The translations under genes were made by a program, and so were the position numbers. Below the pieces are notes generated by a model. It worked only from the letters and a program-made list of their open reading frames with translations. It was not told the DNA's origin and did not search any database. From an uncultured delta proteobacterium (GTDB lineage Bacteria; Desulfobacterota; RBG-13-43-22), in contig CAVUPH010000032.1 of assembly GCA_963743305.1 (NCBI GenBank), positions 73,890 to 137,889 on the forward strand: 64,000 nucleotides of DNA, given 5' to 3'. Shown here one piece after another: positions 28,181-38,677 of this stretch (its first letter is position 1; the number at the start of each line of letters is the position of its first letter).

Positions 28181-29884
28181 ATGGACAACGTGGACCTGAT
28201 TCTAATCAACGGTAAGGTGGTGACGGTTAATCGGAACTTTGGCATCGCCGAGGCGGTGGCGGTCAAGAACGGTCGGATCGCCGCCGTGGGTGGTACCGAG
28301 ATCATCAATTCTCTGGCCGGTCCCGGAACCAAGGTCATCGACCTGGCCGGGGCAACGATGCTGCCGGGCATCAACGACGCCCACATGCATGCCCCCTTCT
28401 TCGGGGCGACCCGGCCCCCATTGGCTCTGGACCTGGCCTATCCGGCCGTCCAAGCCATCGGCGACATTGTCGAAGCGGTCCGCCGGAAGGCGGCCGAGGT
28501 CAAACCGGGGGAATGGATCCGGGGTTTCGGCTGGAATCAAGGTTCCCTCAAGGAATGCCTGGAAGACCCGTCCGTGTTACCCCGAAGATCCGACATCGAC
28601 CCGGTTTCCCCAAACAATCCGGTCATCCTGACCGATTTTTCCGGTCACACCGTTCTGGTCAATCAGGAGGCCCTGGAACTAGCCGGTTTGCACCGGGATT
28701 CCCCCAACCCGGTTTCTGGTGAAATGGAGCGGGACCCGCAGGGCGAATTGACCGGGATCTTCAAGGAATTGGGCGCCCAGGCCCTGATCACCTCCCATGT
28801 GCCGATCCTCACCCGGGAAGAAAAAAAGATCGCCCTGCTGAACGCCATTTCCATCTTAAACTCCCACGGGGTGACCAGCTTTACCGACGCGGCCATCGGC
28901 CCCGGCGGGGAATCCTATGTCAGCGGCGTCATGAGCGCCGAATTTGTGGACATTTACCGGGAATTGCTGGCCCAAGGGCAATTGACGGCCCGGGCGACCA
29001 TCCTGCTGCTTTTGGGCAATTATGGCGCCCTGACCTACGAGGACCTGGAGAATGGGCTTCGCACCTTCAAGGTGCCGACCGGCTTGGACCGGGAATGGCT
29101 GAACTTCCCCGGGGTTAAGATTTTCGCCGACGGTATTCCCCTGACCTATACCTCCTGGATGAATGAAGACTACGTGAGCGGGAACTACGGCCACGGGGTA
29201 CCGGTTATCCCCGGTCAGACCGACCAGGAACAACATGATAACCTGGTGGCCATGATCGGCCTGGTACACGGGCACGGTTTCCAGGTCGCCGTCCATGCCA
29301 CCGGGGATCGGGCCATCGACGCGGCCGTAGACGGGTTTGTCCAAGCCATCAAGAACAAGCCGGGCGGTGATCCGCGCCATTACGTGATCCATGGGGATTT
29401 CATCAGCGCCGCGACCTGTCAGCGCCTGGCGGCAATCCGCGGCGGAGTAGCCATGCAGCCCACCATCGAGGCCATGATCTCCGATTTCGAGCCATCGGTG
29501 GTGGGCGAACAGCGGGCCGCCTACGAATGGCCCATGCGCACGGCCCTGGACAAGGGAGTGAACCTGACCAGCAGTTCGGACGCCCCCATCACCGTGCCGA
29601 ACTGGATCCTGGGAGTGGAGAACGCCGTCCTGAGGGAAAGCCTGACGTCGGGTGCGGTCAGCGGGCCCGAGGAGGCCGTCACCGTGGAAGAGGCCATCCG
29701 GACCTATACCATCAATGGTGCCTACCAGGATCATCTGGAGACGGTCAAAGGATCGATCGAAGTGGGCAAGGTGGCCGATTTCTGTATCATCGACCAGGAT
29801 ATCCTGTCCATCGATCCCCATAAAATCCGGAACACGAAGGTCCTCAAGACCATCGTTAACGGCCAGGTGGTTTACGAGGGTTGA
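28181..29884 (+). CDS. Amidohydrolase family 3 (YtcJ / N-substituted formamide deformylase-like)
   Basis: PG.NDAHMH, WIRG.GW, SGH...N, VKIFADG, VHATGDRA, SSDAP, YTINGAY, GSIEVGK.AD. Confidence 0.88.
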   Translation: MDNVDLILINGKVVTVNRNFGIAEAVAVKNGRIAAVGGTEIINSLAGPGTKVIDLAGATMLPGINDAHMHAPFFGATRPPLALDLAYPAVQAIGDIVEAVRRKAAEVKPGEWIRGFGWNQGSLKECLEDPSVLPRRSDIDPVSPNNPVILTDFSGHTVLVNQEALELAGLHRDSPNPVSGEMERDPQGELTGIFKELGAQALITSHVPILTREEKKIALLNAISILNSHGVTSFTDAAIGPGGESYVSGVMSAEFVDIYRELLAQGQLTARATILLLLGNYGALTYEDLENGLRTFKVPTGLDREWLNFPGVKIFADGIPLTYTSWMNEDYVSGNYGHGVPVIPGQTDQEQHDNLVAMIGLVHGHGFQVAVHATGDRAIDAAVDGFVQAIKNKPGGDPRHYVIHGDFISAATCQRLAAIRGGVAMQPTIEAMISDFEPSVVGEQRAAYEWPMRTALDKGVNLTSSSDAPITVPNWILGVENAVLRESLTSGAVSGPEEAVTVEEAIRTYTINGAYQDHLETVKGSIEVGKVADFCIIDQDILSIDPHKIRNTKVLKTIVNGQVVYEG

Positions 29885-29958
29885 CCGATCCTCCTCGAGA
29901 GACATCTGCCGGTTAAGGGGTACAGCGCAGTGAACGTTATTGAATTGAGGAGGACTTT

Positions 29959-31155
29959 ATGAAACGGAAAAAGGGACTGGGTACCGGGCTGGTTTTGTTG
30001 ATTTTCCTGGTGGGATTCGTGTTTTTCCCGGGCCTGACTCGGGCCGCCGAAACACTGAACGTCGGAATGATTATGCCCTTATCCGGGCCGATCAGCATCG
30101 TCGGGGTCGGTCTAAGCAGAGCGGTGGAACTTTATTTTGATAAGATCAACGAGGAGGGCGGCCTCAAGCTGGGCGGAAAGACCTACCAGCTTAAATTGAT
30201 CGTCGAAGACGACAAAAACGATCCGACCGTGGCTTCCGCGGCCGCCAAAAAGCTGGTCTACAAAGACGGCTGCAAATTTGTCTTCGGGGCCATCACCCCC
30301 CCCAGCGCCGCGGCCATTTACCAGGTTTGCGCCAAGGCCAAGGCCCTGCACCTGATCACCTGGATCGACGCCCCCGGCTTACCGGGCGACGTCAGCGATA
30401 AGAAACCTTATGCCGTCAGACTCTCCATCTCCTCAGACGCCGGCTGGGAGATGGACTACGATTACCTCCGCGCCACTTGGCCCGACGCGAAACGCCTGGT
30501 TATTGTCGTTCCCAATCTGGGTCTCCCGATCGACCGGGCGAAAAAACTGGCTCAGGAGCGGGGACTGGAAGTGGTCGGCGTGGAGACCTGGGACATTGGG
30601 ACGGCCGATTTCCTGCCCTTTTATACTAAGGCCCTAGCCGCCAAACCGGATGTGATCCAGGCCATGTGTTCTGCCCAGGCCGGTTACCAGCTTCGGGCCG
30701 CTCGCCAGTTAGGCTATCAGGGGGCCTTCATCTCCGACGCCCCCACCGCACCGGCCCTGATTCTCTCCCTGGTCGGTCCGGCGGGATCGGACAAAGTCAT
30801 CAGCAACGGGATGGACCTGGGGAGTGCGACGCCGAGCATGAAAGATTGCATGAACCGGTGGGCCAAAAAATTCAAGGAACCCTTTTTCTCCGATTCGATT
30901 ATCACCTGGGCCGAGGCCGAGGTCTTCGTCCAAGCCCTGAAAAAGGCCAACAGCGTCGTACCGGAAAAAGTGGTCGCCGCCTTTGATGCCATGACCGCAC
31001 CGGACAGCTTTCAGACGGCCTTCGGTCCGGGCCACATGGCCGGGAAAAACCGTTTCGGGGTCAATCGGGTAGTGGTCCGCCCCATGCCGATCAGTCGATT
31101 GGATAAGGGGAAGATTTCTTTTGTCGGCTTCAAGATGCCGGTGGTCGATAAATAG
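29959..31155 (+). CDS. ABC transporter substrate-binding protein (LivK/LivJ fold)
   Basis: Signal peptide, VG...PLSGP, INEEGG, VEDD..DP..A..AA.KLV. Confidence 0.85.
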   Translation: MKRKKGLGTGLVLLIFLVGFVFFPGLTRAAETLNVGMIMPLSGPISIVGVGLSRAVELYFDKINEEGGLKLGGKTYQLKLIVEDDKNDPTVASAAAKKLVYKDGCKFVFGAITPPSAAAIYQVCAKAKALHLITWIDAPGLPGDVSDKKPYAVRLSISSDAGWEMDYDYLRATWPDAKRLVIVVPNLGLPIDRAKKLAQERGLEVVGVETWDIGTADFLPFYTKALAAKPDVIQAMCSAQAGYQLRAARQLGYQGAFISDAPTAPALILSLVGPAGSDKVISNGMDLGSATPSMKDCMNRWAKKFKEPFFSDSIITWAEAEVFVQALKKANSVVPEKVVAAFDAMTAPDSFQTAFGPGHMAGKNRFGVNRVVVRPMPISRLDKGKISFVGFKMPVVDK

Positions 31156-31167
31156 GTAAGTCCAAAA

Positions 31168-31199
31168 GCGGCCCGGAAGGATATACTCCTCCGGGCCGC
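31168..31199. other. Intergenic stem-loop after the binding-protein gene (mRNA stabiliser/attenuator)
   Basis: GCGGCCCGGA...TCCGGGCCGC inverted repeat. Confidence 0.45.
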
Positions 31200-31308
31200 C
31201 TCCCGGTCCTTCTTTCGGGCCGATTGGACCAACAATCACCGGAGCGCTGGGAGGTAGTTTCCCCCCTCGACTCAACTAACCGCTCCGGTCCCACTACAGG
31301 GTAGCGCC

Positions 31309-32178
31309 TTGGAAATTTCATCGGCTTTATTCTGGCAAGGGATAATCAATGGGCTGGCCCTGGGGTGGATCTATGTCCTCATGGCCCTTGGATTAACCTT
31401 GATTTTCGGCATTATGCACATCATGCAGTTCGCCCACGGCGAAATCTACATGATCGGGGCCTATATCGTCTATTACCTGATCGCCTCTTTCGGCCTGCCC
31501 CTCATTCCAGCGACGCTCTTATCCATGATGGCCATGGCGGTTACCGGAGTGTTTTTGGAGCGCTTATTATTTCGCCGGCTTAAGGGGGAAATTTTGACAG
31601 CCATTGTCGCCACCACCGGTCTGACCCTGATTATTCAAAGCGGGGCCGTCGTCCTCTTCGGACTGTACGAACGCTCCATCCCCTTGCTGGCCATCGGCCC
31701 CCTGAACTTACTAGGCAGCGCCGTTCCCAAGGATCGGATCATCGCCGTCACCGTAGCCGTCACCTTAAGCTTGGCCCTCTACGTTTTCCTGAAAAAGACT
31801 AAATACGGCCAGGCCATGGTGGCCAGTGCCCAGAGCCCGGAGGGGGCAATCCTGCAAGGTATCGGCCCGGATCAGATGGCCGCCTTGGCCATGGCCATCG
31901 GTTGCGCCCTGGCCGCCGCGGGCGGTACCCTGGCCGGATCGCTCTTCGCCTTGAGTCCTTACATGGGTCTAGCGCCCCTGGTCAAAGGGCTGATCATTAT
32001 CGTCCTGGGCGGCATGGGCAGCCTGGCGGGGGCCTTCCTGGCCGGGATGATCCTCGGTTTGATCGATGGGCTGGTGCCCATCCTCTTCGGGCATGCCTGG
32101 GCGGCCATCGGGCCGCTGCTCCTCGTCATCCTGGTGCTGGTCATAAAACCCCAGGGACTTTTTGGCCATGCGGAATAA
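31309..32178 (+). CDS. livH: Branched-chain amino acid-type ABC permease (LivH-like)
   Basis: GL.LG..Y.L.ALGLTLIFG....FAHGE; IVLGGMGS..GA. Confidence 0.85.
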   Translation: MEISSALFWQGIINGLALGWIYVLMALGLTLIFGIMHIMQFAHGEIYMIGAYIVYYLIASFGLPLIPATLLSMMAMAVTGVFLERLLFRRLKGEILTAIVATTGLTLIIQSGAVVLFGLYERSIPLLAIGPLNLLGSAVPKDRIIAVTVAVTLSLALYVFLKKTKYGQAMVASAQSPEGAILQGIGPDQMAALAMAIGCALAAAGGTLAGSLFALSPYMGLAPLVKGLIIIVLGGMGSLAGAFLAGMILGLIDGLVPILFGHAWAAIGPLLLVILVLVIKPQGLFGHAE

Positions 32179-33175
32179 TCGTTTCGTAAAAATAGTGATG
32201 GGATGTGGATCAGCAGCCGTCATCATCGCGGCCCCTTTGCTCCTGCACAGCCCATATTGGACTTCAGCCTTGACGGTAATAGCCCTCAACGTCCTTTTGA
32301 CGGCCAGTTTGCGAACGGTTACCCTGATTGGAGAGTTCTCCCTCGGTCACGCCGGCTTCATGCTCGTCGGCGCCTATACCGCCGGGCTTTTATCGATGCA
32401 GGCCGGTCTGCCCTTTGGGCTGACGGTGCCGGCCGGAGCGCTGCTGGCCGGATGCCTGGCCTTGGCTCTGGGCTATCCTTTCATGCGAGTCAAGGGCATT
32501 TATTTCGCCATCCTGACCGTGGTCACCTCGGAAAGCCTGCGGGTCTTAGCCTGGAATTGGGAAAGTCTGACCGGCGGTTCCAAGGGCCTGGTGGGCATAC
32601 CGGAACCGGGAACGCTCTCCATCCCCGGTTGGGGTGAGGTCCATTTCAGCGATTTTTTAGCCTACTACTACCTGGTCGTCATCGCGGTCGCCTTTAGTCT
32701 CACCATCCTCTATCTGCTGGAAAGATCCCGGCTCGGTTTCACCTGGCTGGCCATCAGGGAAGCGGACAAACTGGCCGGGGCGGTGGGGATCAACGTCTCC
32801 CGGTATAAGGTCCTCTGTTTCACCACGGCCAGCTTCTTTGCGGGTCTGGGGGGCGCCCTGATCGCCTACCAAGAACAGGCCATCAGCGCTGACGCGAATG
32901 CCACTTTCGGGGTCATGCAGACGATCTACCTGCTGGTCTATATGGTCGTTGGCGGGGAACGGCGCTTCTCCGGGCCGATTTTTGGCGCGGTCCTCCTGTC
33001 CTTGCTGGCTGAATTCACGCGAGCGGTCCAGAACTATCAACCGATGGTTATGGGGGTCATCGCCCTCGCCGTAGTCCTGTTTCAGCGTCAGGGTCTGGTC
33101 GCCCTGCCCTCCAGGCTTCTCACTCTCTGGCCCGGTTCCTCAAGCGCCCGTCCGGCCCGGACGAAGCCGGAGTAA
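32168..33175 (+). CDS. livM: Branched-chain amino acid-type ABC permease (LivM-like)
   Basis: SLGHAGF..GAY, R..G.YFAI.T, LTGG..GL, AIRE....A.A.GI. Confidence 0.85.
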   Translation: MRNNRFVKIVMGCGSAAVIIAAPLLLHSPYWTSALTVIALNVLLTASLRTVTLIGEFSLGHAGFMLVGAYTAGLLSMQAGLPFGLTVPAGALLAGCLALALGYPFMRVKGIYFAILTVVTSESLRVLAWNWESLTGGSKGLVGIPEPGTLSIPGWGEVHFSDFLAYYYLVVIAVAFSLTILYLLERSRLGFTWLAIREADKLAGAVGINVSRYKVLCFTTASFFAGLGGALIAYQEQAISADANATFGVMQTIYLLVYMVVGGERRFSGPIFGAVLLSLLAEFTRAVQNYQPMVMGVIALAVVLFQRQGLVALPSRLLTLWPGSSSARPARTKPE

Positions 33176-33179
33176 ACCG

Positions 33180-33974
33180 ATGGCCCTGCTTTCGGCCGAA
33201 GGCTTAACCAAAATTTTCGGCGGGTTGGCCGCGGTGGTCGATCTGGACATAAAACTCGACCCGGGTCAGATCGTCGGCTTGATCGGCCCTAACGGAGCGG
33301 GGAAGTCGACGGCTTTAAACATGATCGGCGGTACGTATCTGCCGACTCGGGGGCGGATCACTTTCAGTGGGCGGGAGATTACCCGCCGACCGGCCCATTA
33401 CCGGGCCCGGTTGGGGATCGCTCGAGTCTTCCAGGAAAATATCCTTTTCAAAGAGTTCACCGTCCTGGAAAACGTCATGGTCGGCTTTCACCTCAAAAAG
33501 CGGATGGGTCCGGCTGATTTATTCCGCTTCACCGCTGGACGGACCGGTTATGGAGCGGGGTCCCTGGCTCAAGGACGGGCGCTGCTGGAACAAGTTGGTC
33601 TAGCCGACGACCTGGAAACCCCGGCCGGGAACCTGCCCCACGGCCGGCAACGTATCCTCAGTCTGGCCATCGGCCGGGCGACCGGTGCGCAACTGCTGCT
33701 GCTGGATGAGCCATTGACCGGTTTGAATGCCGAGGAAATTTCAACCATGTCTGAACTAATCCGGACCCTGAAGACAGAACACGGCATCACCTGTTTAGTC
33801 GTGGAACACAACGTCAAGGCGCTTATGGGGCTCTGCGACCGCATCTACGTCCTGAATTTTGGGCGACGGATCGCCGAGGGGACCCCGGAGGAAATCGCCC
33901 GGCACCCCCAGGTCATTAAAGCTTATCTGGGGGCTGAAGAGGATTCGGACTGGGCCGGGCGGCTGACGGCCTGA
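33180..33974 (+). CDS. livG: ABC ATP-binding protein (LivG-like)
   Basis: FGGLAAV, GPNGAGKST, LLLLDEP, VEH, IAEGTP, AYLG. Confidence 0.88.
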   Translation: MALLSAEGLTKIFGGLAAVVDLDIKLDPGQIVGLIGPNGAGKSTALNMIGGTYLPTRGRITFSGREITRRPAHYRARLGIARVFQENILFKEFTVLENVMVGFHLKKRMGPADLFRFTAGRTGYGAGSLAQGRALLEQVGLADDLETPAGNLPHGRQRILSLAIGRATGAQLLLLDEPLTGLNAEEISTMSELIRTLKTEHGITCLVVEHNVKALMGLCDRIYVLNFGRRIAEGTPEEIARHPQVIKAYLGAEEDSDWAGRLTA

Positions 33975-33993
33975 GGGCTCAGCGGTAGCACGA

Positions 33994-34707
33994 ATGGACA
34001 CACTGCTTACCATCACCGATCTCAAGGTCCGGTTCGGAGGAGCCGAGGTACTCAAAGGCGTCTCCCTAACGGTGGGAAAAGGCGAAATCGTGATGTTGAT
34101 CGGCTCCAACGGCGCGGGGAAAACGACCACCCTGAGGACCATTTCCGGTCTGAAGCGAGCCTACACCGGAGAGGTGCTATTTGAAGGCCGACGGGTGGAT
34201 CTTCTCAGCCCTCAGGATACAGTCAAGGCCGGAATCGGCCATGTTCCCCAGGGCCGGGCCCTTTTTCCCTACCTGTCGGTCATGGAAAACCTTCTGCTCG
34301 GGGCTTATCTGCGACATGACCAAGGGGTCATAGCCCGGGACCTGGAAGGTGTCTTCGACCATTTCCCCGCGCTGAAGGACCGCAAGCGTCAGTTGGCCGG
34401 CACCCTCTCCGGGGGCGAACAGCAGATGCTGGCTATCGCGCGGGCGTTGATGGGTCGTCCCAAACTGTTGATGCTCGACGAACCGTCCTTGGCTTTATCG
34501 CCGATCCTGGTCCGGGAGATCGGCCGGGTGGTCGTCGAAATCAACCGGGCGGGGACCAGTATTCTGTTAGTCGAACAAAATGCCCACCTGGCCTTCAGCC
34601 TGGCTCAACGAGGGTATGTATTGGAGACTGGTCAAATCGTCGAGTCCGGGTCAACCGCCGAACTGATGAGCGATGATCGGGTCAAACGAGCCTACTTAGG
34701 CCGGTAA
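33994..34707 (+). CDS. livF: ABC ATP-binding protein (LivF-like)
   Basis: GSNGAGKTT, LSGGEQQMLAIARALM, LDEPS, LVEQN. Confidence 0.9.
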   Translation: MDTLLTITDLKVRFGGAEVLKGVSLTVGKGEIVMLIGSNGAGKTTTLRTISGLKRAYTGEVLFEGRRVDLLSPQDTVKAGIGHVPQGRALFPYLSVMENLLLGAYLRHDQGVIARDLEGVFDHFPALKDRKRQLAGTLSGGEQQMLAIARALMGRPKLLMLDEPSLALSPILVREIGRVVVEINRAGTSILLVEQNAHLAFSLAQRGYVLETGQIVESGSTAELMSDDRVKRAYLGR

Positions 34708-34841
34708 ATCGACCGGGGATGAGGGATTTTGATAAAGCGCCCGGCAGCCCGCAGTCTTTTAAGGATTTCCTCCCCCTCCATGAGCAGTCGTATTGACGCC
34801 GGACGAAAGGTTCGGCTTTAACGGAGTGTGATTAGCATCCC

Positions 34842-35240
34842 TTATTTTTTGTTCAGCAGGACGGGGATTCTCTTCGATTGGCTGAGGGCTTCGTCCGCCG
34901 TCACCAAGGTCAGATGATACACCACGGCCGTAGCCCCCAGGAATCGATCCACCGGGTCCTGGTGGGGCAAATCCAACTGCCGACTTTGAATCGCCACCTG
35001 GTAATTGAAGGGGGCTTCCAAGAAAGGCAGTTTCTTAAAAACCTGGTCCAGCCATTCGCCAGGATCGGGCCGCAATTGAATCCGCCCCTTTTCATTCAAA
35101 ATCAGCGCTTCCCAGGTACTGAAGGGTGATAGCCAAAGTTCGTTCGTCTGGTCTTCCAGAGCCTGGGCCACTTTTTTTGACAGCCGATTAGGCTCCAAAA
35201 GACTCCATAGCCAGATATGGGTATCCAGTAGCAGCTTCAT
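34842..35240 (-). CDS. vapC: PIN-domain (VapC-type) toxin
   Basis: LLLDTH, S..S.WE, H.DP.DR...A.A......LVT.D. Confidence 0.88.
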   Translation of the reverse strand: MKLLLDTHIWLWSLLEPNRLSKKVAQALEDQTNELWLSPFSTWEALILNEKGRIQLRPDPGEWLDQVFKKLPFLEAPFNYQVAIQSRQLDLPHQDPVDRFLGATAVVYHLTLVTADEALSQSKRIPVLLNKK

Positions 35241-35482
35241 TGCTTCAAGGCTTCCCAGTCCGCTTCAGACATTATGGGGGAAACGATATCCCCAGTGATT
35301 TTCCCGGTAGACTTGAAAGACCCCAACCAGGTAGCCGGCTTTTTTGGTTTGGGAGGAGGGACCACCTGGGCAATCGGCTTCCCCTTTTTCGTCACCAGGA
35401 TCGGCTGACCGGTCTTGTTCACTTTCTCCAGTAGGGAAAGGCAGGTGGCCTTGAATTTGGATATGGATACAATTTCTTCCAC
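35237..35482 (-). CDS. Phd/YefM-family antitoxin
   Basis: SISKFKA...LL..V......VTK.GKP.A. Overlaps toxin start (ATGA). Confidence 0.88.
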   Translation of the reverse strand: MEEIVSISKFKATCLSLLEKVNKTGQPILVTKKGKPIAQVVPPPKPKKPATWLGSFKSTGKITGDIVSPIMSEADWEALKQ

Positions 35483-35515
35483 AGGCAGACTCCCTTCGGA
35501 ATTTTTTACCGTAAT

Positions 35516-35540
35516 TTACCATGGTCATTGTCCATGGTCA
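35516..35540. promoter_or_regulatory. Tandem imperfect palindromes (ttaCCATGGtca, tgtCCATGGtca): probable TA autoregulatory operator
   Basis: Two CCATGGTCA copies immediately upstream of the antitoxin gene. Confidence 0.5.
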
Positions 35541-35571
35541 ATGCGAATATATTTGGAACGTTTTTTTTGAT

Positions 35572-35605
35572 AAAAAAAGGGGAGCGTTCCGCGGAACGCT
35601 CCCCT
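35572..35605 (-). terminator. Rho-independent terminator of secDF
   Basis: AGGGGAGCGTTCC/GGAACGCTCCCCT perfect stem followed by a T run on the minus strand. Confidence 0.8.
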
Positions 35606-35635
35606 GGGACAATCGACTTAAGATGGCTGCTCGGG

Positions 35636-38339
35636 CTATTTACGCCCTTTCTTCTTTCCAGCCTTAGCCTTCTCCGGCGGTTTGGGCTTCTCGATTTTTT
35701 CAGCCATCGGTTTCTCGGGCTCCGCTTTTTCCTTGAGGACGACCGGTTTTTCACCGGCCGGTTTCCGGGCCCTTCCTTTCTTTCCCGGCCAAAGGTAGAC
35801 GATGGGCGAGGCCACGAAGATCGAGGAATACGTTCCCACCACCACACCGATCAGCAGGGCCAGGGCGAAATCGTGGATCACCACCCCTCCCAGGAAGAAG
35901 AGCGCCAGCAAGACCAGGAAAACCGTCATGGAGGTGATAATGGTCCGCGAAAGTACTTCATTGATGCTGAGGTTGATGATCTCCCCGAAATTTCGCCGGC
36001 CCAGACGGTTCATGGTCTCCCGGATCCGGTCAAAGACCACCACCGTATCCGTCAGGGAGTAGCCGGCCAAGGTCAAAAGGGCCGTGACGATCAGCAGGGT
36101 AATCTCCTTATCCAGGAGATAAAATATGCCCAGGACCGCCAGGACATCGTGGAAGGTAGCGATGGCCGCCGCTACGCCGAAACGGAATTCAAAACGCCAG
36201 GCCAGATAAAGGATGATCCCGGCCAGGGAAATGAGGATGGCGATTAAAGCGGCTTTTTTCAAGGCGGCGCTGACCGAGGCCCCGATTTCCGCCTTACTTT
36301 CCAGAACGAATTTGAGTTCGGGAAAATCCTCCTGCAGAGCCTTTCCCGATGGCGTCCGCTTCCTTAGTCACTGTTTTTTCTGTTTTTTTAATCCGCACCA
36401 TGAGGATATTTTCGTTGGCCACCTGCTGCAACTCGAAATCTTTGAACCCTCGCTGGATCAGGGCGCTTCGGACCTTGTCCAGGCGGAAAGACTGCTGGGC
36501 CTTGAATTGGGCCATGGTGCCGCCTCCGAATTCCACACCCAGGTTGGCTTCCCCGCGGTTGATCTGCACGAAGGCTATCAACCCGATTAGGGACAGTATC
36601 CCGGAAAGAAAAAAGGCGTACTTCCTCAGGCCGATAAAATCAATCTTGGTTTTTTTGATGAATTCCACGAAATGCAGCGGCTTGAGGAGCCGTTTGAGGC
36701 TCAGATAGTCGTAGATGACCCGGGTGCAAAAAAGCGCCGTAAAGAGGTTGAAGATGACGCCGATGCTTAGGGTGACGGCAAACCCTTTGATGGGACCGGA
36801 CCCGAAAAGGAACAAGGCGAAGGCGGTAATCAGGGTGGTCACGTGCGAGTCGATAATGGTCCAGAAGGCCTTGTCATAGCCCCCGTCCACGCCCGACTTG
36901 ACCGGTTTACCGGCCTTAAACTCCTCCCGCATCCGCTCGAAGATCAGGACGTTGGAGTCCACGGCCATACCGATGGAGAGGATGACCCCGGCGATCCCGG
37001 GCAGGGTCAGGGTGGCCCGGAAGAGGCTCATGGCCGCCAACATAAACACGACGTTGAAAATCATAGCCAGGTTGGCCAAAATCCCTGAAAATCGGTAATA
37101 ATACATCATGAACAGCACTACCAGGGCCGTGCCCACCAAGCCGGAAACCAGTCCTTTCTGGATCGAGTCCAGTCCCAGGGAAGGCCCGACGGTCACGTTC
37201 TGGACGATTTGCACCGGCGCCGGCAAGGCCCCGGCCCGCAGGACAATGGCCAGATCCGCGGCTTCATCGGGGGTGAAGGAACCGGTGATCTGGGCCTGGC
37301 CGCCGGATATCCGCTCCTGAATGACCGGCGCCGATTGAACAATTTGGTCCAGGATGATGGCCAACTGGCGCCCCACGTTGTCCTTGGTCACCTGGTCAAA
37401 GACCCGGGTTCCGTGGGCATTCAGCTCCACGCTCACATGCGGCTCATTAAAATTGCCGCCGAACTGGACCGAAGCGGTTTTAATGGCCGCCCCGGTCATC
37501 AGGGCCTTGCTGAACAGCAACACCGGCTGCTTGCTGACCCGGCCCGTTTCCTTATCGAGCTCCTTCCGGATATAAATTTCCCGTTCCGGAGGAATTCGAT
37601 CGGCTAAAACCTGATTTAAGTCGGCATGGGAAAAATCCTTTTTCAAGCGTCCGCTGTTGACGGCCTCGTCAATCATGGCCCGGAGATCCAGTTTCGTTTC
37701 CGAGTCCACCAGCTTAAATTCCAACTGCGCGGTCTTGCCGATCAGGTCCAAGGCCCGCTGCGGGTCCTTGACCCCCGGCAACTGAACCACCATCTCATCC
37801 GCTCCCTGGCGGACAATAACCGGTTCGGTAACCCCGAACTGATCGATTCGGTTGCGGATAATTTCCAGACTCTGGGAGAGGGCGTTCTCCCGAATCGAAC
37901 TGATTTCCTTGTCCTTCAAGGAGAATTCCACCTGGAGACCCGCCGGCTGCTGGCCGGTGGACTGGATGGTGATTCCGGGGAATTCCTCCTTAATGGCGCT
38001 CTGGAGGGTCGGGAGTTGCTCCGGGTTGGGCAGGATAAAGACCATGCGGTTGAATCCCCGGGTCTCTCCTTTACTGATCGGAATCTGTTTCTTCCGTAAC
38101 GTCTCCCGAAGGTCTTGCTGCATCAAATCCAGTTGGTTGCTGACCGCCTTGTCCAGGTCCACCTTGAGGATCAGGTGCATACCGCCCTGGAGGTCCAGGC
38201 CTAAACGAAGTCCCTCGGCGGGCAGAACCTTCCCCCACCAGGAGGGAAGGTTCTTGGTAGCCAGAGGCAACAAAATAAGAACGGACAGTCCGAGGAGAAT
38301 GGCGATGAGGGTGAATTTCCAGCGAATCTTTCTTAGCAT
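35636..38339 (-). CDS. secDF: Fused protein translocase SecDF (+1 frameshift near 36342)
   Basis: LGLDLQGG, IRNRIDQFGVTEP, LRAGALPAP, GMAVDSNVLIFER. SecF part (LGVEFGGG) continues after the shift into HDV, GYSLTDTVVVFDRIRE, GTYSSIFVA. Confidence 0.9.
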
Positions 38340-38677
38340 AGCATCAACCTTTTACTCTTGGATTTAATTAGATCCTCGTTCAGAAGAACCTCTATTTTGT
38401 TTGACTTAAAACTTTTTTTTTTGACACTAATCAGTTGAAAAGTCAAGCGTTTATTTTCTTTTGCCGGCTAACGTTGAAAATGGCTTGGGTTTCAGTGGAT
38501 TTAAGGTTCAAAAGTGTAAAATTCGCCTGTTTTACCGCGGTCGGGCCACGGCGGTGAAACTATGTTGGACAAAAGGCCATTTTTTTGCTAATTTATACGG
38601 CAAAAACAAAACGCCTAAAAAGCGGTGATCAATTCCATTTTCGTACCAACAGCCAAGAATCGACCAGGTAATCGCCC

